Source: Chitinophaga pinensis (GTDB taxonomy: Bacteria > Bacteroidota > Bacteroidia > Chitinophagales > Chitinophagaceae). Taken from it: a DNA stretch of 64,000 nt. This document shows positions 1 through 6,822 of the stretch, one piece after another. The notes below the pieces were generated by a model that was given only the letters and a program-made list of their open reading frames with translations, did not search any database and had not been told where the DNA came from. A program made the translations under genes and the position numbers. Positions within the stretch are counted from its first letter, which is position 1; every line of letters begins with the position of its first letter. The DNA lies in assembly GCA_945862385.1 (NCBI GenBank), contig CAMAXV010000003.1, forward strand, positions 156,522 through 220,521, read 5' to 3'.

Positions 1-1181
1 ATAGCATCCTGGGCATAATCCACATTATGGTATTCCTCATACCTGGACTTGATATTATTCAGTATCTGTATGGTTTCTTCAACTGAAGGCGGTTCTACAA
101 GTACCTTCTGAAAACGCCTGTCAAGTGCCCCATCTTTTTCAATGTGCATGCGATACTCATCCAATGTAGAGGCACCAATACACTGCAGCTCACCCCTTGA
201 TAAAGCAGGCTTGAAAATGTTGGACGCATCCAGAGAACCACTAGCTCCACCGGCACCAACGATTGTGTGAATTTCATCGATGAAAAGAATCACATCACGG
301 TTCTTTTCAAGTTCCGTCATGATTGCCTTCATCCGCTCTTCAAACTGTCCGCGGTATTTTGTTCCTGCAACCAAAGCTGCCAGATCCAGTGAAACAACAC
401 GTTTATCAAACAGTACACGTGAAACTTTTCGCTGTACAATCCGCAAGGCAAGTCCCTCAACAATAGCAGTTTTACCAACTCCAGGCTCTCCAATCAGGAT
501 AGGATTATTCTTTTTCCTTCTCGAAAGAATCTGTGAAACCCGCTCGATCTCAGCTTCTCGTCCAACTATCGGATCAAGTGAGCCGGATTCAGCCAGTTTG
601 GTGATATCCCTGCCAAAATTATCAAGCACAGGAGTTTTACTTTTTCCACCGGCCTGTGTGGTTTTAGCTTTCTGCTGGGTGCTTTTTTTCTCCTCATCAA
701 ATTCCTCTTCAGGTTCATCTGAGAACTCACTTTTCACATCGTTGCTTCTTACCACACCCAGTTCATTGCGGAATAAATCGTAATCCACTTCAAATTGATT
801 CAGAATCTGCGTGGCTATATTTTCCTTGTTTTTTAAGATGGAGAGTAAGAGGTGTTCTGTTTCAACCATCGGACTTTTCAGCGCCTTGGCTTCCAAAACG
901 GTAACCCGGATGACTTTTTCTGCCTGTCTGGTAAGTGGCAGGCTGTTGATATTCTGGATATTCTTACCGGATTTATCCTTCACCGCCATCTCAACTTCCT
1001 TCCGAAGTTCATATAGGTCTACATTAAGGTTCTGCAGTACTTTAAGTGCAGTATTTTCACCTTCCCTGATAACGCCGAGCAGCAAATGTTCGGTGCCTAT
1101 GAAATCGTTACCCAACCTAAGGGCTTCTTCCCTGCTGTAGGAGATGATTTCCTTTACCTGTGCTGAAAAATTATTATCCAT
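1..1181 (-). CDS. clpC: ATP-dependent Clp protease ATP-binding subunit (ClpC/ClpB-type AAA+), N-terminal part; the 3' end lies beyond the window start
   Basis: My reverse translation from the ATG at 1181 gives [42 protein letters not shown] (Clp N-domain repeat). It is followed by [18 protein letters not shown] (Walker A) and [16 protein letters not shown] (Walker B region). It is absent from the ORF track because it runs off the edge. The + ORFs 280-783 and 811-1140 are its antisense shadows. Confidence 0.85.
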   Translation of the reverse strand, partial: MDNNFSAQVKEIISYSREEALRLGNDFIGTEHLLLGVIREGENTALKVLQNLNVDLYELRKEVEMAVKDKSGKNIQNINSLPLTRQAEKVIRVTVLEAKALKSPMVETEHLLLSILKNKENIATQILNQFEVDYDLFRNELGVVRSNDVKSEFSDEPEEEFDEEKKSTQQKAKTTQAGGKSKTPVLDNFGRDITKLAESGSLDPIVGREAEIERVSQILSRRKKNNPILIGEPGVGKTAIVEGLALRIVQRKVSRVLFDKRVVSLDLAALVAGTKYRGQFEERMKAIMTELEKNRDVILFIDEIHTIVGAGGASGSLDASNIFKPALSRGELQCIGASTLDEYRMHIEKDGALDRRFQKVLVEPPSVEETIQILNNIKSRYEEYHNVDYAQDA

Positions 1182-1276
1182 AGTAGGTAAGATTTACGTG
1201 TCCGTACAATAATAATGAATTATTCCCAAACCCAAATGAGGTATATTTGTTCAATTGACCCCATAAATTGAATTCC

Positions 1277-1654
1277 ATGTTAAAAGTCAAAATTGATACC
1301 AAGGAGATATTTCATGTCATTTGCATAGAAGAAACCCTGCTTACTGCTAATATGGCAGAAAAACTGGATGAATTGGTGGCGAAATTGCAAACTGATGACG
1401 AAAAGAGTCTTGTTATAGACCTTAAAAATGTTGAACAAATAGACATATCAGTTCCTGAAAACTTCATTGACTTGCACAACAAGACATACGGCAAAAGTAA
1501 ATCCCTCGTATTCTGTCATGTTCATGCTGCCGTTAAACAGGTCATTGATGCCAATACAGAGCCTGAGGCCCTCAACATAACGCCAACTGAATCAGAGGCA
1601 TGGGATATTGTTCAGATGGAGGAAATTGAGCGAGAACTTGACATGGATATTTAA
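1277..1654 (+). CDS. small STAS-domain-like protein (anti-sigma-factor-antagonist fold), function unknown
   Basis: ORF of about 125 aa, with ATG at 1277 just inside the TTG-initiated track ORF. The segment SLVIDLKNVEQIDIS and the overall size resemble STAS/SpoIIAA-like proteins. This is a weak similarity judged by eye. Confidence 0.35.
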   Translation: MLKVKIDTKEIFHVICIEETLLTANMAEKLDELVAKLQTDDEKSLVIDLKNVEQIDISVPENFIDLHNKTYGKSKSLVFCHVHAAVKQVIDANTEPEALNITPTESEAWDIVQMEEIERELDMDI

Positions 1655-1665
1655 TTTTCACTGAC

Positions 1666-2475
1666 ATGTTCGCAGTCACCATATTAGGAAACAATTCAGC
1701 GCTTGCCATGCACGACAGGCATCAGACTGCTCAGGTTGTCATGTGTGAAGAACATCATTTTTTGATTGACTGTGGTGAATCTACTCAAAGTCAGATGCAG
1801 CGCTACAAGGTAAAGAGGTCGAAGATTGATTATATTTTCATCTCACACCTACATGGTGATCATTTTTTCGGACTTCCCGGATTACTCAACACGTTTAACC
1901 TGTCCAATAGACGGGAAGACCTCCACATTTTTGGTCCGCCCAGACTGAAAGAAATCCTGGAACTGATCAACGAAGTTTCAGGTGCCAGCTATGCTTATAA
2001 GATCAACTTTCACGAATTGTCAGGCGCCGGAACCATTCTTGAACTCGGACCAATAACTGTTTCCTGTTTCCCTGTTTCTCACCGCATACCCTGCTGGGGA
2101 TTCAGGTTTAACCTTGCAGGCAAACCCTCAAAATTCAGGGATGGTCAGTTGGTGAGACCAGCATTACCACCCTTAAGTTATGCTTATTGCGCTGACACCT
2201 GTTATGAGGAAAACATCATTCCTTACATCAAAGAAGCAGATCTCATTTACCATGAATCCACTTATCTTGATGACCAGCAGGATAAAGCTACAATGCGGTT
2301 TCATTGCACCAGTTCAAAAGCAGCTATGATTGCTGTAAAGTCTGGCGCAGGCAGACTCCTTCTCGGCCACTACAGCAGCAAATATGATGATATCCAACCT
2401 TTTGAAACTGAAGCCAGACTAATATTCCACCAAACTGAAGCCTCCCGGGAAGGAGTAAGCTACCTCATAAAATAA
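1666..2475 (+). CDS. rnz: ribonuclease Z / metallo-beta-lactamase-fold hydrolase
   Basis: HLHGDH zinc-binding motif, an N-terminal TILGNNSA...H segment and a C-terminal LLLGHYS motif are typical of RNase Z-type MBL proteins. Length is 269 aa. Confidence 0.7.
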   Translation: MFAVTILGNNSALAMHDRHQTAQVVMCEEHHFLIDCGESTQSQMQRYKVKRSKIDYIFISHLHGDHFFGLPGLLNTFNLSNRREDLHIFGPPRLKEILELINEVSGASYAYKINFHELSGAGTILELGPITVSCFPVSHRIPCWGFRFNLAGKPSKFRDGQLVRPALPPLSYAYCADTCYEENIIPYIKEADLIYHESTYLDDQQDKATMRFHCTSSKAAMIAVKSGAGRLLLGHYSSKYDDIQPFETEARLIFHQTEASREGVSYLIK

Positions 2476-2533
2476 TTTAATTTTTCAAATAGATAAATCA
2501 TCCACGGAAATAGTTAATACCACAGACAATACA

Positions 2534-3259
2534 TTGTCGTCTAAGGCAAACTTAGCCCTCCTCGAATTCGATCTTTCCCACAGCAGCAGGAGGAATAGGT
2601 TTCCGAACTTAGGAAGTGAAAACGGACAAACCCCAATTGATATTCCAAAAGATACCAGAAAGTTCAAATCAACTGATCCTGAAATTCATTACGAATCATT
2701 TTCATTAAACGACCATAACATTGAAAATCACGAAGGTGAATACCTTAAAATCATTGTTTCCGGTGAGAATTATATTACTGTAAAAGGAAAACGGTACGAC
2801 CTTAAACAATTCCATTTTCACCGAGACAGCGAACATGCTGTAAGAGGTAAAAAATCTGCTATGGAAACCCACTTTGTTCATGTTGCGGCAGATGGAAAAA
2901 TCGCTGTCATGGGGGTCATGCTAACTGCTACAAAACGAAGCAACGAAAAGATTGCTGTCCTTTTTGAAAACTCACCACTCATTCCCGGAGAACACCTATC
3001 CATAGTAAAAAACTTCAATGCGAAAGACCTGCTGCCCAAAACATCAGCGGAATATTACAGCTACAGCGGATCATTGACAACACCAAATTTAGATAATACA
3101 CCCAATCCTGACGGACTCACCTGGATTGTATTCAAGTCCCCTATACATGTATCTGAAAAACAAGTGATTGACTATTCAGAAATCTATGAGGAATTGAATG
3201 CAAGAATCCTGCAACCACTTGGAGAAAGAACTGTTTGGGAAAGAGTTGAAAAGGATTAA
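2534..3259 (+). CDS. alpha-class carbonic anhydrase (no signal peptide, TTG start)
   Basis: QFHFHRDSEH...ETHFVH provides the three zinc-ligand histidines plus the SEH glutamate. GQTPIDI and YSGSLTTP are alpha-CA signature blocks. The reading frame is closed by TAA at 2468-2470, and there is no ATG before the TTG at 2534. Confidence 0.75.
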   Translation: MSSKANLALLEFDLSHSSRRNRFPNLGSENGQTPIDIPKDTRKFKSTDPEIHYESFSLNDHNIENHEGEYLKIIVSGENYITVKGKRYDLKQFHFHRDSEHAVRGKKSAMETHFVHVAADGKIAVMGVMLTATKRSNEKIAVLFENSPLIPGEHLSIVKNFNAKDLLPKTSAEYYSYSGSLTTPNLDNTPNPDGLTWIVFKSPIHVSEKQVIDYSEIYEELNARILQPLGERTVWERVEKD

Positions 3260-3314
3260 TTTCAGCTCATAACATTAAGCAGGTCAGAAATAAATTATTT
3301 TTGACCTGCTTAAT

Positions 3315-4253
3315 ATGATCCAGATGAATCAATTTATGGTTTCCAAAACCAGAATCGCTCCCACACCTAGCGGATTTCTTCATCTGGGAAACATTTTCTC
3401 GTTTTCTTTAACCGCCGGCCTTGCCAATGAGTTAGGTGCTAGTATTCTTTTACGAATAGATGATTTGGATACCACGCGCGTCAGAACAGCATATCTGGAA
3501 GATATTTTTGAAACACTGCATTTCATGGGCATACCATGGGATGAAGGGCCATTAAACACTGTAGATTTCAACGAAAACTGGACACAGTTGAAACGATTAT
3601 CAGTTTACGAGGAAAATCTGAAAATTATTGAAGAATCGGATTTGGTATTTGCATGTAACTGCTCCAGAAAAGTATTGAATGAAACAAACACCTTTATTTA
3701 CCCGGGTACATGTATCAAAAAGAACCTTCCGCTTGATGCGCCAGGTGTTTGCTGGAGATGGAAACATAAACTATCTGAGGAAATCAAGATGAATGATTTA
3801 GCAACTGGGGAAACACTGCATATGCGGCCCGCATTACAGCATCATTTTGTGGTAAGGAAACGGGATGGGATACCCTCCTATCAACTGGCATCAGTGCTGG
3901 ATGATAGTTTATTCAACGTAAACATGATTGTCAGAGGCGCTGATCTATGTGAATCTACCCTTATTCAATTACAAATTGCACAAAAACTGCAATTAAAAAC
4001 CTTTGATAAAACAGTTTTTTTTCACCATCCCCTGATTAGTGATGAGAATGGCCAAAAGTTATCCAAATCTGCCGGATCAACTTCGATTAGTTATCTGAGA
4101 AAAGAAGGTCTGAAATCAGAAACAATTTTCGAACTTATTTCGGCAGAATTGCATTTAAAAACAAAAGTTAAAAACTGGTATGACCTTTACCAACAGTGGA
4201 AAAAGGAAAATAGCCCATTATTTTTTCCAAACAATTCAAAAAAATCGAATTAA
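3315..4253 (+). CDS. gluQ: glutamyl-Q tRNA(Asp) synthetase (truncated GluRS paralogue)
   Basis: Class-I aaRS motifs RIAPTPSGFLHLGN (HIGH-like) and KLSKS are present. At ~310 aa it has no anticodon-binding domain, which is the GluQRS/YadB architecture. The start could also be the ATG at 3324 or 3336. Confidence 0.75.
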   Translation: MIQMNQFMVSKTRIAPTPSGFLHLGNIFSFSLTAGLANELGASILLRIDDLDTTRVRTAYLEDIFETLHFMGIPWDEGPLNTVDFNENWTQLKRLSVYEENLKIIEESDLVFACNCSRKVLNETNTFIYPGTCIKKNLPLDAPGVCWRWKHKLSEEIKMNDLATGETLHMRPALQHHFVVRKRDGIPSYQLASVLDDSLFNVNMIVRGADLCESTLIQLQIAQKLQLKTFDKTVFFHHPLISDENGQKLSKSAGSTSISYLRKEGLKSETIFELISAELHLKTKVKNWYDLYQQWKKENSPLFFPNNSKKSN

Positions 4254-4310
4254 ATTTTTTTTCATAAGAAATATAACTATTTTTGCAACCCGAATTTGAA
4301 TCACTGATTA

Positions 4311-4378
4311 GATCGGTAGTTCAGTTGGTTAGAATGCCACCCTGTCATCCCGAGTACTCGGGACGGGTTCAAGAGGCG
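4311..4378 (+). pseudogene. truncated/decayed tRNA-Asp copy (5' two-thirds only)
   Basis: Positions 4311-4347 match the first ~37 nt of the intact tRNA-Asp at 4414, with one mismatch in the anticodon stem (CCACC versus CCGCC). The sequence then diverges into a perfect palindrome, CCCGAGTACTCGGG (4349-4362). A remnant CGGGTTCAAG follows (versus CGGGTTCGAG in the intact gene). There is no complementary 3' acceptor strand. Confidence 0.7.
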
Positions 4379-4413
4379 AAATTCTCCAATAAAAAGTTCT
4401 TTAAAAAATATTT

Positions 4414-4487
4414 GGATCGGTAGTTCAGTTGGTTAGAATGCCGCCCTGTCACGGCGGAGGTCGCGGGTTCGAGTCCCGTCCGGTCCG
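4414..4487 (+). tRNA. tRNA-Asp (anticodon GTC)
   Basis: Hand-folded cloverleaf. The acceptor GGATCGG pairs with CCGGTCC. The anticodon stem is CCGCC/GGCGG with loop CTGTCAC. The T-arm is GCGGG-TTCGAGT-CCCGT and the discriminator is G. CCA is not encoded. Confidence 0.9.
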
Positions 4488-4490
4488 CAA
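4473..4490. repeat. attL core: 18-bp direct repeat GTCCCGTCCGGTCCGCAA (3' end of tRNA-Asp)
   Basis: An identical 18-mer recurs at 10579-10596. The match extends to ~25 bp with two mismatches (GTTCgaG versus GTTCcgG). Confidence 0.85.
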
Positions 4491-4501
4491 CTATAATCCA
4501 T

Positions 4502-4537
4502 AACACCTTGTAAACTAAGAAATTACAAGGTGTTTTT
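4502..4537 (+). terminator. hairpin plus T-run just inside the element, acting as terminator for the reconstituted tRNA-Asp
   Basis: AACACCTTGTAA-N9-TTACAAGGTGTT (12-bp perfect stem) followed by TTT. Confidence 0.6.
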
Positions 4538-4544
4538 AGTTTTA

Positions 4545-4572
4545 GGGGACGGTACAGGGGACGTTTAAATTT
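4545..4572 (+). repeat. tandem GGGGACG motif plus TTTAAATTT (copy 1, attL arm); putative integrase/excisionase arm-type site
   Basis: GGGGACggtaCAGGGGACGTTTAAATTT here versus GGGGACgttcCAGGGGACGTTTAAATTT at 10441-10468. Both copies have the same orientation. Confidence 0.55.
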
Positions 4573-4610
4573 TTTAGCCTATTTTTCACTAACTCATAAC
4601 CTGAAAAACA

Positions 4611-4985
4611 ATGTTCAACTTCTTTAAAAAAAGTAAACCCTCCCAAGAACCTTCTAATAAAAATGAAGGTAAAGAGGAAAGAACGCAAATAACAGTTGGA
4701 TATACTTATGAATATTTAGATGAGGTTCCAGTAGAAGAACGAACTCCTTGTAATGCTTTCTGTGCTAAATTAGAAGAATTATCAAGGGTGTATAGCATAG
4801 TAGATATTGAAAAAATGAGCACAAGGCTTGGATATAGTGTGTGGGATAGAAGAGGCGGATGGATTGATAAAGGTGATAAAGACGAAAATGGCGAACCCAT
4901 AGAACATCGATACGTTAAAGACGGTGTAGAGTATTACCATTGTAAACACCAATGGGTATCTAAAGTGTTAATAAAAAAGAACTAA
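4611..4985 (+). CDS. hypothetical protein (the only plus-strand gene of the element; cargo)
   Basis: 124-aa ORF with an ATG start, followed by a hairpin AATCGAA-N7-TTCGATT. It has a Lys/Glu-rich N-terminus and a CNAFC...HCKH cysteine/histidine arrangement. I recognise no family. Confidence 0.5.
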   Translation: MFNFFKKSKPSQEPSNKNEGKEERTQITVGYTYEYLDEVPVEERTPCNAFCAKLEELSRVYSIVDIEKMSTRLGYSVWDRRGGWIDKGDKDENGEPIEHRYVKDGVEYYHCKHQWVSKVLIKKN

Positions 4986-5111
4986 TCGAATATTTCTTTC
5001 GATTATCTTTCTGATAATATACGTTAAATCTTCTACAATCAACTATTGTGTTCCCGAAGGTCGTCCGTTTACATTTCCACTTATTCCCCTTGTAAATGGC
5101 ATATTGATAAA

Positions 5112-6194
5112 TTATTGTTGTTTACAATCCTTGTTTAAATCCCAAATAATTGGATATCCTTCTTCTTCCGTCAAAGCAATCCCTGAAGATTTGTCCGTAA
5201 TCAATACGAAATCCGCCAAATCGTAACCTTTGGACCTTTGCTCCTCGGTGGCGTACTTCTCCAATTTTGAAGAAACTCGGATTTGGCAACTTACAATCGA
5301 TTGTATTTCTTTGGCTTTTTCGGACCATTTTTCAAAGCAATTCAAATCCGGAAACAATACAACTTTCCTTCCTTCCAATACCTTACAAACTTCCCTTTCG
5401 GTCCATTTACAACCATTGCTTCCCCCGGTAGCAATCCAAACATAATTTGGATAATAAACCGAACAAATAATTGCGGTTTTCTCACTTTCGACAATGGCAA
5501 CTTGCCTTTCTGGATATAACCTCAATAAATGTTCCCCGAAGAAGCAATCCAATAAATTGGCTTCCTGGTTGTTTAATATCTTCTTCCCGGCTTTGAATAT
5601 CTTATCGGAGTAGTTGATATCCTCAAAATACTCTTTTATTTTATCGCTCCATTTGTAGGCGGGTTGGTGTGATTTGGTCCGATTGATTGTTCCGGTTCCA
5701 ATGGTGTAGTGCATTACTTTCGCTTGTCTAACTTTCAAATCTATATCAACAAACCAAAATGCGGTTGCTCCCTTCCAATGTTTGGAGTTGCCAATTAGAT
5801 AGTTTTCGGACCTTTCTTTGGCAACTTCATATCCAAATATTTGAATAAGGAAGGAAGCAAAATTGTTTTTCTCCCAATCTATCGTACTTCTATCGACAAT
5901 TTCTTCCGGCAAATAATCTATCGACTTCTTCGCTTCAACCTTCCTTATTTTGGGTTGTGTTCGTTTGTATTGGTAGGTGTGTTGTCTTTCGTGCTTTGTT
6001 TCCTCAAAGTATTGTTTCGGGGTGTAATGGTAACCACATTTATCTTCCCTATCACAACGACCAATGTGGTCCTGGAGTTGCTCCCCGGTTTCGGTGTCAA
6101 TGTACCTGGTAAATCGTTTTTGTTGGTTACAATTCGGACAACGATACTTTGAAGAAGGTCCACAATATTTTTGTAATGTAAATTTGTAACTCAT
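5112..6194 (-). CDS. zinc-ribbon plus Toprim-like protein, putative DNA primase of the element
   Basis: The N-terminal CPNCNQQ...RCDREDKCGYH is zinc-ribbon-like. The C-terminal VAIVESEKTA ... WIATGGSNG ... VVLFPDLN resembles the Toprim Glu and acidic motifs (DxN rather than DxD). NBU-type and P4-type elements carry comparable primases. Confidence 0.55.
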   Translation of the reverse strand: MSYKFTLQKYCGPSSKYRCPNCNQQKRFTRYIDTETGEQLQDHIGRCDREDKCGYHYTPKQYFEETKHERQHTYQYKRTQPKIRKVEAKKSIDYLPEEIVDRSTIDWEKNNFASFLIQIFGYEVAKERSENYLIGNSKHWKGATAFWFVDIDLKVRQAKVMHYTIGTGTINRTKSHQPAYKWSDKIKEYFEDINYSDKIFKAGKKILNNQEANLLDCFFGEHLLRLYPERQVAIVESEKTAIICSVYYPNYVWIATGGSNGCKWTEREVCKVLEGRKVVLFPDLNCFEKWSEKAKEIQSIVSCQIRVSSKLEKYATEEQRSKGYDLADFVLITDKSSGIALTEEEGYPIIWDLNKDCKQQ

Positions 6195-6284
6195 TTGTTT
6201 ACTTGTTTAAACAACTTTATTAAATAACTCAATTCACTTGTTTAGTTGTTTATAGCGTATATATATACGCTTAAACTAAACAAC
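6195..6284. promoter_or_regulatory. heptamer (TTGTTTA) iteron cluster plus 18-bp perfect palindrome; candidate origin or operator of the element
   Basis: TTGTTTA occurs at 6195, 6203, 6238 and 6246. The inverted form TAAACAA occurs at 6208 and 6277. TTGTTTAAACAA (6203-6214) is a 12-bp palindrome. AGCGTATATATATACGCT (6254-6271) is an 18-bp perfect palindrome with a (TA)n core. Confidence 0.5.
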
Positions 6285-6653
6285 TTAAAGAATGGTTTTA
6301 CCTTGAATGAAAACAACCTCAATTTTTTCTTTGTCATTTATTTGGATTGCTTCCTTTGGCTTTCCCAATATTCTATTCAATAATTCATTGAGAGTATAAA
6401 TATTACCTCTCTCGATACTTTTAACCAATGATTTGGCAATTGATAGTTCCAGGATTGTGGCGTTGGGATTTGTAAATACTTCGTGTAATTCAAAAATTGT
6501 CATTGATAATAAAACTCTCAATGTTTCAGTTATTTCGGTATTGGTATAACCGATTGAATTTAATTGAGTGATATATTTCTTCGGTCGTCCGTTCCCCTCT
6601 CTTCTAATATCGTAACCACTTTTAAATGGTTTCAAGTTTTGATTGTTTGGCAT
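6285..6653 (-). CDS. DUF5681-like / small-terminase-like DNA-binding protein (putative)
   Basis: The N-terminal NLKPFKSG...GNGRPKK and the later LNRILGKPKE resemble the N..NL.PFKPG..GNP.GRPKG ... R..GKP pattern. I associate that pattern with phage DUF5681 and TerS-like proteins. This rests on recollection only. Confidence 0.35.
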   Translation of the reverse strand: MPNNQNLKPFKSGYDIRREGNGRPKKYITQLNSIGYTNTEITETLRVLLSMTIFELHEVFTNPNATILELSIAKSLVKSIERGNIYTLNELLNRILGKPKEAIQINDKEKIEVVFIQGKTIL

Positions 6654-6657
6654 AATC

Positions 6658-6822
6658 TCACATTTGTTTCACATTAAATAAATCTAATTCTTTGATTGAC
6701 CAATCCATTTTTGGCAAATCCCAATCTTTCAATTCAATATTGGACCAGTCTTCCAAATCAATTGTATCCCAATTATCGAAATCTAAATAGGTCCAATCTT
6801 CAAATTCAAATGTATTTTTCAT
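6658..6822 (-). CDS. unlisted 54-aa acidic tryptophan-repeat ORF
   Basis: Hand translation: MKNTFEFEDWTYLDFDNWDTIDLEDWSNIELKDWDLPKMDWSIKELDLFNVKQM*. It is below the 60-aa track cutoff. Its ATG overlaps the last 17 nt of the upstream ATPase gene, and its stop lies 4 nt before the next ATG (6653). That layout suggests translational coupling. Confidence 0.45.
   Translation of the reverse strand: MKNTFEFEDWTYLDFDNWDTIDLEDWSNIELKDWDLPKMDWSIKELDLFNVKQM

Noticed and set aside
280-1140. Two plus-strand ORFs (167 aa and 109 aa), rich in Ser/Leu/Phe
   Set aside because: They lie entirely antisense to a clearly recognisable ClpC-type AAA+ gene whose frame is open from 1181 to the window edge. They are shadow ORFs.
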